From the sequence record MT611523.1: 64,000 bases of DNA; one strand, written 5' to 3'. Below the pieces are notes generated by a model. It was not told the origin of the DNA, made no database searches, and saw only the letters and a program-made list of their open reading frames with translations. This stretch comes from Escherichia phage DK-13. This document shows positions 9,541 to 19,499 of this stretch, piece by piece. Numbering within the stretch: position 1 is the stretch's first letter; each line of letters starts with the position of its first letter. The position numbers and the translations under genes were made by a program.

Positions 9541-10490
9541 TTCATTTCCCCAGCCAGTTGAGCAAACAGATAAGTCAAGTGAACTTCGGTATTGGCTGCA
9601 ATGCCATGATACTGATTATTCTCACCCACAATCTCATACATACGGATGATGCTTGCACCAGTCAGTTTGCCATACATTTCATCAGCCAGCTTTGCAATGA
9701 AGCTTGAATAATCATTTGCATGCTTAGGAGCCAGCCCACGGAGAACTTTAAAGTTACGGTCCTTAAGGGCATCAATCACATCATCAATTGGTGTGCGATT
9801 GTTTGTCACGATGCTCAGAATACCGGAATCGATAACACCTTTTGCAGAGTAACGGTCAAGCTCATTAATTGTCTTACGCAGGTCCGGGAAGTTATGCTTA
9901 ACCAGAGCAGCAACAACTTTCAGGTCTTCGATTTCAACGCCTTCGTTTTTACATATCGCGACTGCACGATGAATCATCTCTTTCATCATAGTAGTCTGGT
10001 CAGCTGGAGTTGCTTCACCAAACTTAATTACGCGGCAACGAGACTGCAACGGAGTGATGATACCATCGATATTGTTCGCGGTCATAATGATTGAACAGTT
10101 GCTCGAATAAGCTTCCATAAAGCTACGAAGGTGTCGTTGTGATTCAGCCAGACCCGCACGGTCAAACTCATCGATAACGATTACCTTACGGCGTCCTTCG
10201 ATTGATTTAGATGATGCAAAGCGAGTCAATTCATTACGCACAAAGTCAATTCGACAATCGGAGCCGTTAACAAACAGCATATCAGAATTCGTATCCGCAC
10301 ACATAGCTTTTGCAACTGTTGTCTTACCAGTACCAGGGGAACTACTGACCAGAATCAAGTTAGGAATCAAACCTTTTTTAACAATCGCCTCTAATGTTTC
10401 TTTATCATGAGCCGGAAGAATACACTCTGATAATGTACCTGGACGGTATTTTTGTTCCCACATGAATTCTTTGTCATTAACCGTTAACAT
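9531..10490 (-). CDS. 44: gp44 clamp loader ATPase (AAA+)
   Basis: 319 aa; Walker A SSSPGTGKTT; same length as T4 gp44. Confidence 0.95.
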   Translation of the reverse strand: MLTVNDKEFMWEQKYRPGTLSECILPAHDKETLEAIVKKGLIPNLILVSSSPGTGKTTVAKAMCADTNSDMLFVNGSDCRIDFVRNELTRFASSKSIEGRRKVIVIDEFDRAGLAESQRHLRSFMEAYSSNCSIIMTANNIDGIITPLQSRCRVIKFGEATPADQTTMMKEMIHRAVAICKNEGVEIEDLKVVAALVKHNFPDLRKTINELDRYSAKGVIDSGILSIVTNNRTPIDDVIDALKDRNFKVLRGLAPKHANDYSSFIAKLADEMYGKLTGASIIRMYEIVGENNQYHGIAANTEVHLTYLFAQLAGEMKWL

Positions 10491-10526
10491 ATATTTTCCT
10501 CATATTAGTTTCTACTTTGTACTCCA

Positions 10527-10542
10527 TGGGGCCGAAGCCCCA
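10527..10542 (-). promoter_or_regulatory. GC hairpin in 45-44 intergenic region
   Basis: TGGGGC-CGAA-GCCCCA stem-loop; on the minus strand it lacks a U-run, so it may be an RNA stability or translational element rather than a terminator. Confidence 0.35.
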
Positions 10543-10546
10543 TTTA

Positions 10547-11242
10547 TTAATCTTGGAATTCGTGGCTAGAACCTTGTTCCATTGCAATCACATAGCTTGC
10601 TTGTGTACCTTCAAACTTCGTAGCAAATTTATCGTCTTTCGCCCAAAGCATAACACGGTAATCAGCCGGAATCATTTTCATGTTCAGTTTGTTAATGATA
10701 AATTTAAACGCTGCATCACCTTCGTAATCGCCACACACCAGGGAATACAATGGACGCGCTAACTCTTTATCTTCGAGCTGATTATAACCATGGATAACAA
10801 TCTTACCGTCTTTGTTGGTGATTGCAAAAGTATCCAGTGACAAACCACCAGCCACACGCAGAAGTTGCTGCAGGTCACTACCTTTCAGGTCGAAGATAAC
10901 CTTAGCTACCGGGAAAGGAATCTTCTTAGCAGGGAACACGATAGTGCTCGGGTCAGCCGCTGGCCAGTGAATCGTTGAACGTTGGTCTTTGATAATGATA
11001 TTCGATGCATCTTCAGCCAGAGATACTTCGGCTTGGTCAGTTACCAGGCCCAGGATACTTAAGAAGCCGTTCAGGTCATAAATTGCAGCTTCAAAGTCGA
11101 TTGTATCATTGATTTCAGATTCACCATATGACGCTCCAGTCACAGAACGAGTCAGGATGGTATTACCTGGCTTAAGCATAATGCCAGAGTAAATGGAAGT
11201 GAAGTTTTTCAGAACTGCGATAGTGTCTTTAGAGAATTTCAT
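10547..11242 (-). CDS. 45: gp45 sliding clamp
   Basis: 231 aa; strong similarity to T4 gp45 (MKFSKDT...IYSGIMLKPG...NFIINKLNMKM). Confidence 0.95.
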   Translation of the reverse strand: MKFSKDTIAVLKNFTSIYSGIMLKPGNTILTRSVTGASYGESEINDTIDFEAAIYDLNGFLSILGLVTDQAEVSLAEDASNIIIKDQRSTIHWPAADPSTIVFPAKKIPFPVAKVIFDLKGSDLQQLLRVAGGLSLDTFAITNKDGKIVIHGYNQLEDKELARPLYSLVCGDYEGDAAFKFIINKLNMKMIPADYRVMLWAKDDKFATKFEGTQASYVIAMEQGSSHEFQD

Positions 11243-11272
11243 TTAATTACCTTTTATTCAAATCAAAATTAA

Positions 11273-11704
11273 TTAAGCAACAACTGCCATTTGTTTGCGG
11301 ATAGCTTCCGGAAGAGATTCAATATACTCTGGAAGTTGCGCAGCAATAATAGAACCAGCTTGGACCAGGTGGTCGTCGAAGTCAACACAGTAATCATCTT
11401 CGAGACGTTCGGAACCGTCACGGTCGATAACCAGTTTAGCACCAGCAGCCAGTGAATCGTTGTAGTGATTACGCATCAGTTCAATCCACTTATCAGATAC
11501 ATCAGTATCAATCACACCGTACAGCATGAATTTAATTTCTTGCGGCAGAGACTGCAGACGGGCAGCAGATGCTTCATCACATGCCAGGACCCAGGATTTG
11601 CGGATGCGGTTTTGGTTGTGTGGGTTGGCGTCGGTGCGGATGGTTTTAACTTGGATATCTTTAGCAGTTACGTTGTTCATAATATTCTCTCTATTCATTA
11701 TCAA
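11273..11704 (-). CDS. rpbA: RpbA RNA polymerase-binding protein
   Basis: 143 aa ORF immediately downstream of gene 45 as in T4; start codon uncertain. Confidence 0.6.
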   Translation of the reverse strand: MIMNRENIMNNVTAKDIQVKTIRTDANPHNQNRIRKSWVLACDEASAARLQSLPQEIKFMLYGVIDTDVSDKWIELMRNHYNDSLAAGAKLVIDRDGSERLEDDYCVDFDDHLVQAGSIIAAQLPEYIESLPEAIRKQMAVVA

Positions 11705-11896
11705 TTAATCAAAGTATTCATATGCAAACCAGGCATTGTGTCTGTTCGCGATTATTTTAACATATTCTTCACCGAAAGCGTTTTGTAAGTCACGTTCAGT
11801 AACAAGGTGTTCATCTTTCGAAAAGGTATTAACTAACACATATCGTTTAATTTCAGGGACAGCCAGTAAATGCTGCCCGGTTAAAAAATTGCTCAT
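11705..11896 (-). CDS. 45.2-like small protein
   Basis: ORF in the 45.2 position; internal start MSNFLT chosen to avoid overlap with the plus-strand HNH gene. Confidence 0.4.
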   Translation of the reverse strand: MSNFLTGQHLLAVPEIKRYVLVNTFSKDEHLVTERDLQNAFGEEYVKIIANRHNAWFAYEYFD

Positions 11897-11936
11897 AAAT
11901 AATATTATCCGTTGCAGTATCAAACAAGGGTCTGAT

Positions 11937-12653
11937 ATGAATTATAACATCATTTACCAAAAGCTTATTAGCAGAGCATTGAATCGCAAATTAACCACAT
12001 ACTCTGAAAGTCATCACATTATACCCCGTTGCATGGGTGGGGCAGACGACGCTTCAAATCTTGTTGATTTAACTCCCGAGGAACATTTCGTTTGTCATCA
12101 ACTGTTGGTCAAAATGCATCCAAATAATGCTTCTTTGGTCTATGCCGCGCGCATGATGACAGTTTCCTCACCAAACGCCGACAGAAGCAAAAACAAATTA
12201 TTTGGATGGCTTCGTCGTAAAAACTTGGAAGCTCAACAAAATAAAATTTTCTCCGATGAAACCAGAAAGAAAATGTCAGAATCCGCCAAATTAAAACCGA
12301 GAGTTGAATGTCCACACTGTGGAAAAACCGGTCTCGTTGGCAATATGAATCGTTGGCATTTTGATAACTGTTCCAAAGGTCCAAACAAGGTTGTTCATAC
12401 TATTCCAGAAAAACAAAAGCAAAAAATTTCAGTAGGATTAAAACAAGCTAAACATGAAATTTTAACTTGTGAATTTTGTGGTCTTGAAGGTAAAAAGTGT
12501 GTTATATCCACTCACCAACAATTCTGCAAATCCAATCCAAACCGGAAGAAAAAGGTGGACCCCAAAATTCAGTGTCCACATTGTAATGTAGTCGGTACGC
12601 CAGCCAATATGAAACGTTGGCATTTTGATAACTGCAAAATGAAGCCTCAATAA
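11937..12653 (+). CDS. Free-standing HNH homing endonuclease with three C-terminal zinc-finger repeats
   Basis: HNH motif SHHIIPRCMGG...SNLV.LTPEEHFVCH; repeats CPHCGKTGLVGNMNRWHFDNC, CEFCGLEGKKC, CPHCNVVGTPANMKRWHFDNC; opposite strand to flanking 45.2 and 46; AAGGG RBS before ATG 11937. Confidence 0.85.
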   Translation: MNYNIIYQKLISRALNRKLTTYSESHHIIPRCMGGADDASNLVDLTPEEHFVCHQLLVKMHPNNASLVYAARMMTVSSPNADRSKNKLFGWLRRKNLEAQQNKIFSDETRKKMSESAKLKPRVECPHCGKTGLVGNMNRWHFDNCSKGPNKVVHTIPEKQKQKISVGLKQAKHEILTCEFCGLEGKKCVISTHQQFCKSNPNRKKKVDPKIQCPHCNVVGTPANMKRWHFDNCKMKPQ

Positions 12654-12658
12654 GAGGC

Positions 12659-14341
12659 TCATTCCAGAACAGTAAATCGACCGACTTTTTTCATTTGAAG
12701 ATGCTGTCCATATGCTTCTGGGTCGTGTTCACGATGGCTAATGATAAACACGTTTTGACCTTCCAATTTATTAATAATTGCCTGGATAGCTTTGATGCCT
12801 TCGGCGTCAGTGGCTGAATCCATGACCTCATCCAGAATCAACGTACTAATTTGCACACCAGATACTTTCGCAGCAATATCACGCCATGTAAACAGCAATG
12901 CGATATCGATACGAGCTTTTTCACCCTGGCTAAATGATGCATAGCTGAAGTCTTCACGTCCACGAGATTTAATCGTTTCGTTGAACTCTTCATCTAACGT
13001 AAAACTATAATCAGCTTCCATAACTTTAAGATAAGCGTTTATCTGCTTATTAAAGATAGGAATATATTTCTTAATAATCGCGCCCTTAATACCAGAATCT
13101 TTCAACATATCCGTTAAGATACCACGTTGATATTTTTCCATCACAAGGTCGGATTTTTGTTTGACTATTTTATCAAGCTGGTCTTGAAGCATTTTAATGT
13201 CTGCTGCATGGTCAATAAATTCCGACTTAGCTTGCTCGATTAATGCTTTAACCTTTTTAGCTTTTTCGACAGTCTGGACTAAGGTTTGTTTCTTAGTTTG
13301 AATGTCTTGAGCTATTGTACGCTGGTTTTGTCTTGCCTTGGTATACGCATCAAATTGCTCTTGAACAGCATTCTGGCGAGCTTTATGCTTATCAGCTGAT
13401 GCATTACATTCTTCAATCTTTGACTCAATCCTGGCGACAATGGGGTCTCCTGGATGCAACTGACTGGCACAAGTCTGACAACAACCACCTTTCTCGTACA
13501 GACCAACAACCTTTCGGTAATCGTCTATCTTCGACTTAATCAGGAATGATTCCTGCTTTAACTTCGTGAGTTCATGCTCAGGGTCTTCTCCCAAGATTAT
13601 CTCGGTCAGTCTTGTTGTTGCTTCTTCGATAGTCGTCTTGATTCCACGTGCTTCTGTGGCAAGTTCATCATACATCGTTTGCAGCCGCAACAGATTATCA
13701 CCTGATAATTTTCTTTGACGGTCTTCGTTGTCCTGATAGATTTTAATCTGTTGAACAATACCATCATGCTGCACATCCATCACCTGGATTTGACTATTGA
13801 CTTCACGGATAAGAGATTTGTTCAGCTTATCCATATCGGCCAGTACAGAAACCTCTAAAAGGTCTTCGACGAGTTTTCTTCTTGCAGGAGTGGATAGGCC
13901 CATAAAAGGGGTATATCCAGCTGTGCCGAGTACGACAATCTGTTTGAAGCTTGCGTAGGACATTCCAATGAGCTGTTCAAATTCCGCTTGGAAGTCTTTA
14001 CTGCTGGCAGATTCATCAAGACGTTTACCGCCACAAGAGATTTCAAAAACATTGGGTTTTTGCCCGCGTTTGATATAGTATTCTTTTCCATCATATTCCA
14101 TCCACAATTCAACGAGCATATCTTTTTTGTTGCTCGAGTTAATCAACTGGCCTTTCTTTACATCACGGAAAGGCTTACCGAACATAGCAAAGGTAACCGC
14201 TTCAAGGAACGTAGATTTACCCGCACCATTCTTGCCGGTGACCAGAGTTTTTTGGACTTTATCCAGTTCAACAGTAATCGGTTGAGCACCAACCGACATA
14301 ATATTTTTATAGATAACTTTCTTAAGCTTAAAAGTCTTCAC
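12659..14341 (-). CDS. 46: gp46 recombination nuclease subunit (Rad50/SbcC-like)
   Basis: 560 aa; Walker A GKNGAGKST; coiled-coil middle; same size as T4 gp46. Confidence 0.95.
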   Translation of the reverse strand: MKTFKLKKVIYKNIMSVGAQPITVELDKVQKTLVTGKNGAGKSTFLEAVTFAMFGKPFRDVKKGQLINSSNKKDMLVELWMEYDGKEYYIKRGQKPNVFEISCGGKRLDESASSKDFQAEFEQLIGMSYASFKQIVVLGTAGYTPFMGLSTPARRKLVEDLLEVSVLADMDKLNKSLIREVNSQIQVMDVQHDGIVQQIKIYQDNEDRQRKLSGDNLLRLQTMYDELATEARGIKTTIEEATTRLTEIILGEDPEHELTKLKQESFLIKSKIDDYRKVVGLYEKGGCCQTCASQLHPGDPIVARIESKIEECNASADKHKARQNAVQEQFDAYTKARQNQRTIAQDIQTKKQTLVQTVEKAKKVKALIEQAKSEFIDHAADIKMLQDQLDKIVKQKSDLVMEKYQRGILTDMLKDSGIKGAIIKKYIPIFNKQINAYLKVMEADYSFTLDEEFNETIKSRGREDFSYASFSQGEKARIDIALLFTWRDIAAKVSGVQISTLILDEVMDSATDAEGIKAIQAIINKLEGQNVFIISHREHDPEAYGQHLQMKKVGRFTVLE

Positions 14342-14556
14342 AAAAGATTCCTTTTAATGTATCTTTTAGACCATTCTATCATATCATCATAATCTAAAAA
14401 GCATTCATCAAATTCAGCCATGTAAACCACTCCCTGCGCCGTTTTTGATGTGATATAAATTATTCCGACATATCTAGAATCTTCTTCGGTATAATCAATA
14501 TTTGCTACAAATTCATCATCAAGATTAAATTCAAAAGTCTTCATCATAATAAGCAT
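14338..14556 (-). CDS. Hypothetical protein (46.x)
   Basis: 72 aa ORF between 47 and 46 with overlapping stop/start. Confidence 0.45.
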   Translation of the reverse strand: MLIMMKTFEFNLDDEFVANIDYTEEDSRYVGIIYITSKTAQGVVYMAEFDECFLDYDDMIEWSKRYIKRNLL

Positions 14557-14794
14557 CCTTGATGCATGATTCAGCCATATGAATTAATGTCTCTGGAGTA
14601 TCATCTTCCATTACATTAAAGCTAAATTCCACGGCCCAATCGGTGACTACATAGACTTTGATAAGTTGACCAGTTTCCCGGTCAGTGATAGCTTCAAACC
14701 AATACTTAATAGTATTCGGTTGATTATCGTCGTCAACCACAGCACATTCGCGGATATGTTCAAGACCCGCTTCATTAAAATCATAAAGTCTCAC
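14531..14794 (-). CDS. Hypothetical protein (46.x)
   Basis: 87 aa acidic ORF between 47 and 46. Confidence 0.45.
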   Translation of the reverse strand: MRLYDFNEAGLEHIRECAVVDDDNQPNTIKYWFEAITDRETGQLIKVYVVTDWAVEFSFNVMEDDTPETLIHMAESCIKDAYYDEDF

Positions 14795-15810
14795 GGTTGC
14801 ACCTCAAGGTATAATTTGTTGGCCAATGCTTTGAGAGCTTTTGATTCTTTCTCATTGGCGTCAGGTAATGCATCGATATATTCTGCCATCATATCTGTTA
14901 AGCGTTTTATGTCTAACTCTTCATCAGAGTCTGATGTGTCAACACTGTTATCAACCTTATTGACAACACGCAATTCATGCACACGCTTTTCTAATTCAGA
15001 TTCGAACTTGGTCAGGTCTTTATCGACTTTTTCTACAATAACACGGACTGATAAGTCTTTGAAGTCGTCGTAGTTAATAGTTTCGTTTGGATAGAAAATC
15101 TTCCGATGCCAGGTGGTTTCATTCGGAATAAATTTCATCTCTTCGGTTTCGGTATCAAATTCCCAGAACCCGCGCGGGTCGTTCTCGTCACCTGCTGTTA
15201 ATGTCCATGGTGTCCCGATGTACTTAACGTTTGCAGCTTCTGAAATTGTGTGGAAGTGACCAGACCAAACTTGCTTGTACTTCTTAAGGAAATCAGGCTC
15301 AAGTCCGTGGGATTTCAATCCTTTATAGAAATAAAACCCGGTTAATTCCCAGTGACCGATGCAATATTCAGCCCCAGAAGTTTTGATATGTTGGTGAATG
15401 TCAGTTGCGTTCTCGTCACACATCCATGGAATCATATCAATCTGACAACCGTCAAAATCAACAGTCGTTGGCTTATCGTAGATTTTAACATGGTCATACT
15501 TATTCAGGAGTTCAGTGATAGCATTAGGATGAATCTTATTCTTCAGATTCATGTCATGGTTCCCGACTATCGTGTGCATAGTAATTCCTGCTTCACGAAG
15601 GAGTTCCATAATCTCACGGCTGAATTCCATCGTCTTATGCGTTACGGCCTTACGGACGTCAAAAATATCACCATATTGAATCCAGACTTTAATCCCATTC
15701 GCTTTGGAATATGCAATCGCCTGTAAAATACCATCGCGTTGAATGTTTTGAGCCCATGGGTCGTCAGCTTTGACACCTAAGTGCCAATCACCTAAATTTA
15801 AAATTTTCAT
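14791..15810 (-). CDS. 47: gp47 recombination nuclease subunit (Mre11/SbcD-like)
   Basis: Calcineurin-like phosphoesterase motifs (GDWHLG, GNHD); start taken at MKILNLGDWHLG, giving 339 aa as in T4. Confidence 0.93.
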   Translation of the reverse strand: MKILNLGDWHLGVKADDPWAQNIQRDGILQAIAYSKANGIKVWIQYGDIFDVRKAVTHKTMEFSREIMELLREAGITMHTIVGNHDMNLKNKIHPNAITELLNKYDHVKIYDKPTTVDFDGCQIDMIPWMCDENATDIHQHIKTSGAEYCIGHWELTGFYFYKGLKSHGLEPDFLKKYKQVWSGHFHTISEAANVKYIGTPWTLTAGDENDPRGFWEFDTETEEMKFIPNETTWHRKIFYPNETINYDDFKDLSVRVIVEKVDKDLTKFESELEKRVHELRVVNKVDNSVDTSDSDEELDIKRLTDMMAEYIDALPDANEKESKALKALANKLYLEVQP

Positions 15811-15993
15811 AAGCCAAGCGCCGTTATCGCAGTGCAAAATAAAATTATTGAAATGAACCCGTCAGGAGTGGAAAAGAATCCTATCCAACAAGCTCTTGTG
15901 AATGTGTAGAATGCCATGAATAGCACGACATATCCTAAAAATAATTCCATATACTCTCCTCAGTTGGTTCATTTTATCATCCCGAATATAAAG

Positions 15994-16018
15994 CAAAAAA
16001 GGAAGCACTAGGCTTCCT
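15994..16018 (-). terminator. Rho-independent terminator
   Basis: AGGAAGC-ACTAG-GCTTCCT hairpin followed on the minus strand by TTTTTT, at the stop of the small ORF 16008-16181. Confidence 0.5.
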
Positions 16019-16181
16019 TTCCAATTAATACACCATACAGAGGTTCATGAGAAGACCTGAACTTGATAGGCTTATAGGTAATAGTACCTTCATTTTCTGC
16101 TTTAATACGAGCAGCTTCAAATTGAAGAATCATCTCGTTTTTGTCAGATTTAATCTTATCAAAATCCGTCGAATTCGTCAT
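16008..16181 (-). CDS. Small hypothetical protein (57 aa)
   Basis: Hand-translated ORF MTNSTDFDKIKSDKNEMILQFEAARIKAENEG... with AAGAGG RBS, in the region where T4 carries alpha-gt. Confidence 0.35.
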   Translation of the reverse strand: MTNSTDFDKIKSDKNEMILQFEAARIKAENEGTITYKPIKFRSSHEPLYGVLIGKEA

Positions 16182-16239
16182 TCATATGACCTCTTAAAAA
16201 TCTGGATGTTCGTCGTTCATTAGCCACCTGTCCATGTTA

Positions 16240-16440
16240 TCATCGTTGCCACCATTTCTTAAGTTGATGAGAATCGACCCAAACCTTGGCTACAGGCTCA
16301 ATCTGAAAAATACCATCAGAATATTGGCCCATCATTTTGTATTCGGTTTCGGTTTGCTTGATACAGATATTACCGTATGAGCGAAGTCTGAAAGCGGCTC
16401 CAACAAGAAGCCGTTTAAAAGGTTTATTTACTAATGCCAT
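16240..16440 (-). CDS. Hypothetical protein
   Basis: 66 aa ORF in minus-strand array between 47 and 55. Confidence 0.4.
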   Translation of the reverse strand: MALVNKPFKRLLVGAAFRLRSYGNICIKQTETEYKMMGQYSDGIFQIEPVAKVWVDSHQLKKWWQR

Positions 16441-16735
16441 TTACGATTTCCCAAATTTGTTTGCGAGTAGAATCCCACATCAACTTAATCAGGTCTTCCG
16501 TAACTGGTTGGCGGTAAATTCCACGCAGTTTAACAAGAGCATATTTGTATGCTTCAAAATTGTTTTCCAGCACTGCCCCTTGAGCATGCTTATTCAGTCG
16601 TGCAATTTCACGAGCATTCTTTTTCAGAATCTTCGCTGCTTGACTGGTTGCTTCGAGTGCGTTCGCTTCTTCGAGACGTTCCTGTGCTTCTTCAATCTGC
16701 TTATCGGTCAGTTGAGAAATATCTGGAGCTTGCAT
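16424..16735 (-). CDS. Hypothetical protein
   Basis: 103 aa ORF in minus-strand array between 47 and 55. Confidence 0.45.
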   Translation of the reverse strand: MQAPDISQLTDKQIEEAQERLEEANALEATSQAAKILKKNAREIARLNKHAQGAVLENNFEAYKYALVKLRGIYRQPVTEDLIKLMWDSTRKQIWEIVNGISK

Positions 16736-16736
16736 A

Positions 16737-17006
16737 TTAATCCTTGGGAGTTAACTCAATTGTAAAATATAGATTAGCATTATCCACATGATAACGGTAA
16801 TCAACGTTATTGTCCGGAGAAGTAAATTCCAGATTCCGGACGTTTAAAGGGTCGATATCAATTGGAAGACCTTTTATGTCTCGCAGATAAAGTTTAATGA
16901 AATATGGGAGAGCCGTAAAGTCTTCCTCGATTTTATCTAAAAAATCGGTAATATCAAATTGATGTTCCATATAAAAAATCCAAATCACCCTCTTTATCTT
17001 TGGCAC
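16737..17006 (-). CDS. Hypothetical protein
   Basis: 89 aa ORF just downstream of gene 55; start uncertain, overlaps the 3' end of 55. Confidence 0.4.
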   Translation of the reverse strand: MPKIKRVIWIFYMEHQFDITDFLDKIEEDFTALPYFIKLYLRDIKGLPIDIDPLNVRNLEFTSPDNNVDYRYHVDNANLYFTIELTPKD

Positions 17007-17511
17007 TCTTATCAGACCCTGGCGCTTTAACTAAGGAGGATTCGTACTGTGTCATTTTGTCATAGATGTCCTGGATAAATGTTTCATCAGCCAGAGCCAC
17101 CATATCGTCATCACGTGAATCATATACGTTATGGACGAAGTAGCTATATTTCTTTGCCATTTCTTTACGTTCTTTTTTGATACGCTGAACGAAAGCATTG
17201 AAGCAAGCCATTGTTATGTAAGCATGTGGATTATCGTATTTTGTTTCGTCGAAGTTGTGAAGACCTTTTATTGCGGCCTCAATACCGTCAGCAATCATTT
17301 CTTGCTTCCAGGATTGGGTATATCCGGAGAAGTTGAAACGTTTGCTAAGACCTTCGGCTATAAGCATAATCGCCAGACCAATAACATCGTTCTGGCGAAT
17401 AATTTTGTTCGGGTCGGTGTTCGCATTCAGCTTCTGTTTCCACTCCGAAATAGCTTTCAAAAGCTCTTTATTATTTACATAGTTATTCTTGGTTAATTTA
17501 ATTTCGTTCAT
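16954..17511 (-). CDS. 55: gp55 late-transcription sigma factor
   Basis: 185 aa; near-colinear with T4 gp55 (NYVNNKELL...[40 protein letters not shown]). Confidence 0.95.
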   Translation of the reverse strand: MNEIKLTKNNYVNNKELLKAISEWKQKLNANTDPNKIIRQNDVIGLAIMLIAEGLSKRFNFSGYTQSWKQEMIADGIEAAIKGLHNFDETKYDNPHAYITMACFNAFVQRIKKERKEMAKKYSYFVHNVYDSRDDDMVALADETFIQDIYDKMTQYESSLVKAPGSDKSAKDKEGDLDFLYGTSI

Positions 17512-17559
17512 ATCGCCTCACTTAGTATATGAATATTATATCATCCTTTATACAAAGCA

Positions 17560-17826
17560 TTAGCGAAGTAAACAGTAAGCCTGAAAGACCTTCTCCATAA
17601 TTGCCTTAAATTCATGGATGTCAATATAAGGGATAACCTCGGCATCACTAATGAATTCCATCAAACGGTCATGCTCGTTGCGGTATTGTCCTTCATTCAA
17701 CATGCCGATATGGGACTCCCAAGAGCCATACCCTTCTACGTGTGGGAAGAATGTTATTTTCATGAATTCATCCACCCAAAACGTTCCCAGGTCCTGGATG
17801 GATATCATTGTATGATTGATGTGCAT
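17560..17826 (-). CDS. Hypothetical protein (55.x)
   Basis: 88 aa ORF in tight minus-strand array. Confidence 0.45.
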   Translation of the reverse strand: MHINHTMISIQDLGTFWVDEFMKITFFPHVEGYGSWESHIGMLNEGQYRNEHDRLMEFISDAEVIPYIDIHEFKAIMEKVFQAYCLLR

Positions 17827-18092
17827 CAGTACACCAATTGGGCAGCTTCTAAAACATCATCAAGCTTATCAAACTGGTCAATATAATCAATCCCACCAAC
17901 TTCATCTTTAGCATACAACCAATATTGGTGAAATTCATATTCAATAATAAAGTGGTCACCTTCAATCTGGAGAACGCCAGCATTATTAAATTGAACTGCA
18001 TAACCCGTAAAGCGAACATCATTCAGGAGTTCTTCTTTCATAGTAATCATTTCCAAGTTTTTATCGTAATTAGAGAGTTTTATTTTAATCAT
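17826..18092 (-). CDS. Hypothetical protein (55.x)
   Basis: 88 aa ORF in tight minus-strand array. Confidence 0.45.
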   Translation of the reverse strand: MIKIKLSNYDKNLEMITMKEELLNDVRFTGYAVQFNNAGVLQIEGDHFIIEYEFHQYWLYAKDEVGGIDYIDQFDKLDDVLEAAQLVY

Positions 18093-18348
18093 TTAAGTAG
18101 TCCAGGAATTCGTCTAATGTCATGCCTTCCGCCCAAGCTTCCCAAGCATCGATTTTAGTGTACTTGGTTTTAGTACACATAGGATAGATTTTGAATTCAT
18201 ATCCCATTGAAATGAAATAATTTAAAGTCCTTTGTAAATAGTAACCTTGACTAATTTTATGAGCTCGGCGAATTCCATTAGCATACGTATGTTTGTATGA
18301 TACTATTACCGCAACACCTTCAGGTAATTCAATAGCAGGACACATCAT
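18085..18348 (-). CDS. Hypothetical protein (55.x)
   Basis: 87 aa ORF in tight minus-strand array. Confidence 0.45.
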   Translation of the reverse strand: MMCPAIELPEGVAVIVSYKHTYANGIRRAHKISQGYYLQRTLNYFISMGYEFKIYPMCTKTKYTKIDAWEAWAEGMTLDEFLDYLND

Positions 18349-18671
18349 TTCGCACCCTTAACAATTTTCAGGTCAACAAAACCTTTCTTACGTTGGGAAT
18401 TCATACGCTTGATGGCTTTGTCAGAAACTTCTTTGTTTTCACGTGGAAGCGGCAGACCAAACGCTACTACATCAAATTCATTCAGGATATACTGAACAAG
18501 ACTTTCACGAATACGCGCTTTACCCATTGTCTGACCTTCTGCAATAATCAACTTCTGTACATCGCCTTCCCACTGGTCCAGAATCTCAGGGGTAACGAAA
18601 CCAGATTTCATCAGAGTGTTAACTTTAGCAAATGCGAAATTAGCGATGATGTTAGTGATAGATGCAGTCAT
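18345..18671 (-). CDS. Hypothetical protein (55.x)
   Basis: 108 aa ORF in tight minus-strand array. Confidence 0.45.
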   Translation of the reverse strand: MTASITNIIANFAFAKVNTLMKSGFVTPEILDQWEGDVQKLIIAEGQTMGKARIRESLVQYILNEFDVVAFGLPLPRENKEVSDKAIKRMNSQRKKGFVDLKIVKGAK

Positions 18672-18743
18672 GATATATTCCTCAGTCTCATTAAATTAAA
18701 ATTTTATTATCCTGGGGCCATTATACCATGACCCCGTTGGTTT

Positions 18744-18941
18744 TTACTGCGCTTTAGCGCCTTTCCAACCTTCATACATCATCGCGGCGGAAATTAATAT
18801 TGCTCCTGCACATTTTGAATAATAGAGATTCCAAAACCAGTTTAGAAAAACTTCATCATCAATACCTTGAGCTATCATATTTTCAAAGAACTGACGACGA
18901 GATTCAGCAATTCGCTGTGATAATTTAGATTGTGGATTCAT
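18744..18941 (-). CDS. Small membrane-anchored protein
   Basis: Internal start MNPQSKL with GAGG RBS chosen to resolve overlap with the upstream ORF; hydrophobic C-terminus. Confidence 0.4.
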   Translation of the reverse strand: MNPQSKLSQRIAESRRQFFENMIAQGIDDEVFLNWFWNLYYSKCAGAILISAAMMYEGWKGAKAQ

Positions 18942-18948
18942 ATTTTCC

Positions 18949-19242
18949 TCAGCTGTAACGATAACACTCGTTTGATTTACGTTTTGCAACACGATGAGAA
19001 GTATTATAATCCAAATCATCCTCAACGTATACATCTTTTTTCAACTGACGAACTTCTTTACGCAGTTGACGATTCATCTCATTCTTGACTTCTGAATCAA
19101 CGCCACGCATACGCTTCCATTTGTCTGAACGGAAGATATTTTCTTCAACTTGTTCTTGACTTACACCATCAGGCGCCTGACGACGCCCTGAATAATAAAA
19201 ATCTTTTACAGACAATTCTTTGCGACGAATAGTTTTACCCAT
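18949..19242 (-). CDS. Hypothetical basic protein
   Basis: 97 aa Lys/Arg-rich ORF. Confidence 0.45.
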   Translation of the reverse strand: MGKTIRRKELSVKDFYYSGRRQAPDGVSQEQVEENIFRSDKWKRMRGVDSEVKNEMNRQLRKEVRQLKKDVYVEDDLDYNTSHRVAKRKSNECYRYS

Positions 19243-19244
19243 AG

Positions 19245-19499
19245 TTACCTCAGCAGTTTGTATCCAATAAGATTTTTAATGTACTGGATATCTTTGACAT
19301 CCAAATCCAACTTAAGGTCTTTCAGACGGTCACCCAGGGTCAAAAAGGTTACATGTTTCCAATTCTTCACTGGGCAACAATAAGTCTTAGGACCATTTGC
19401 AATTTCAATATTCTTATCAGTGACGGTGAGAAAAATCAGGCGCTCATCATCCAGATTAAGGGTAATGATATTTTTCATTGAGTGTAATTTCAGGCTCAT
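19245..19499 (-). CDS. Hypothetical protein
   Basis: 84 aa ORF. Confidence 0.45.
   Translation of the reverse strand: MSLKLHSMKNIITLNLDDERLIFLTVTDKNIEIANGPKTYCCPVKNWKHVTFLTLGDRLKDLKLDLDVKDIQYIKNLIGYKLLR

Noticed and set aside
11736-11936. N-terminal extension of the HNH ORF back to the first in-frame ATG
   Set aside because: The extension overlaps the minus-strand 45.2-like gene and lacks an RBS; the ATG at 11937 has an AAGGG RBS and begins the conserved HNH domain.
15811-15952. Small ORF upstream of gene 47 initially read as a 47 aa membrane peptide
   Set aside because: Careful hand translation gives only a 29 aa ORF ending at a TGA well before gene 47; not convincing.
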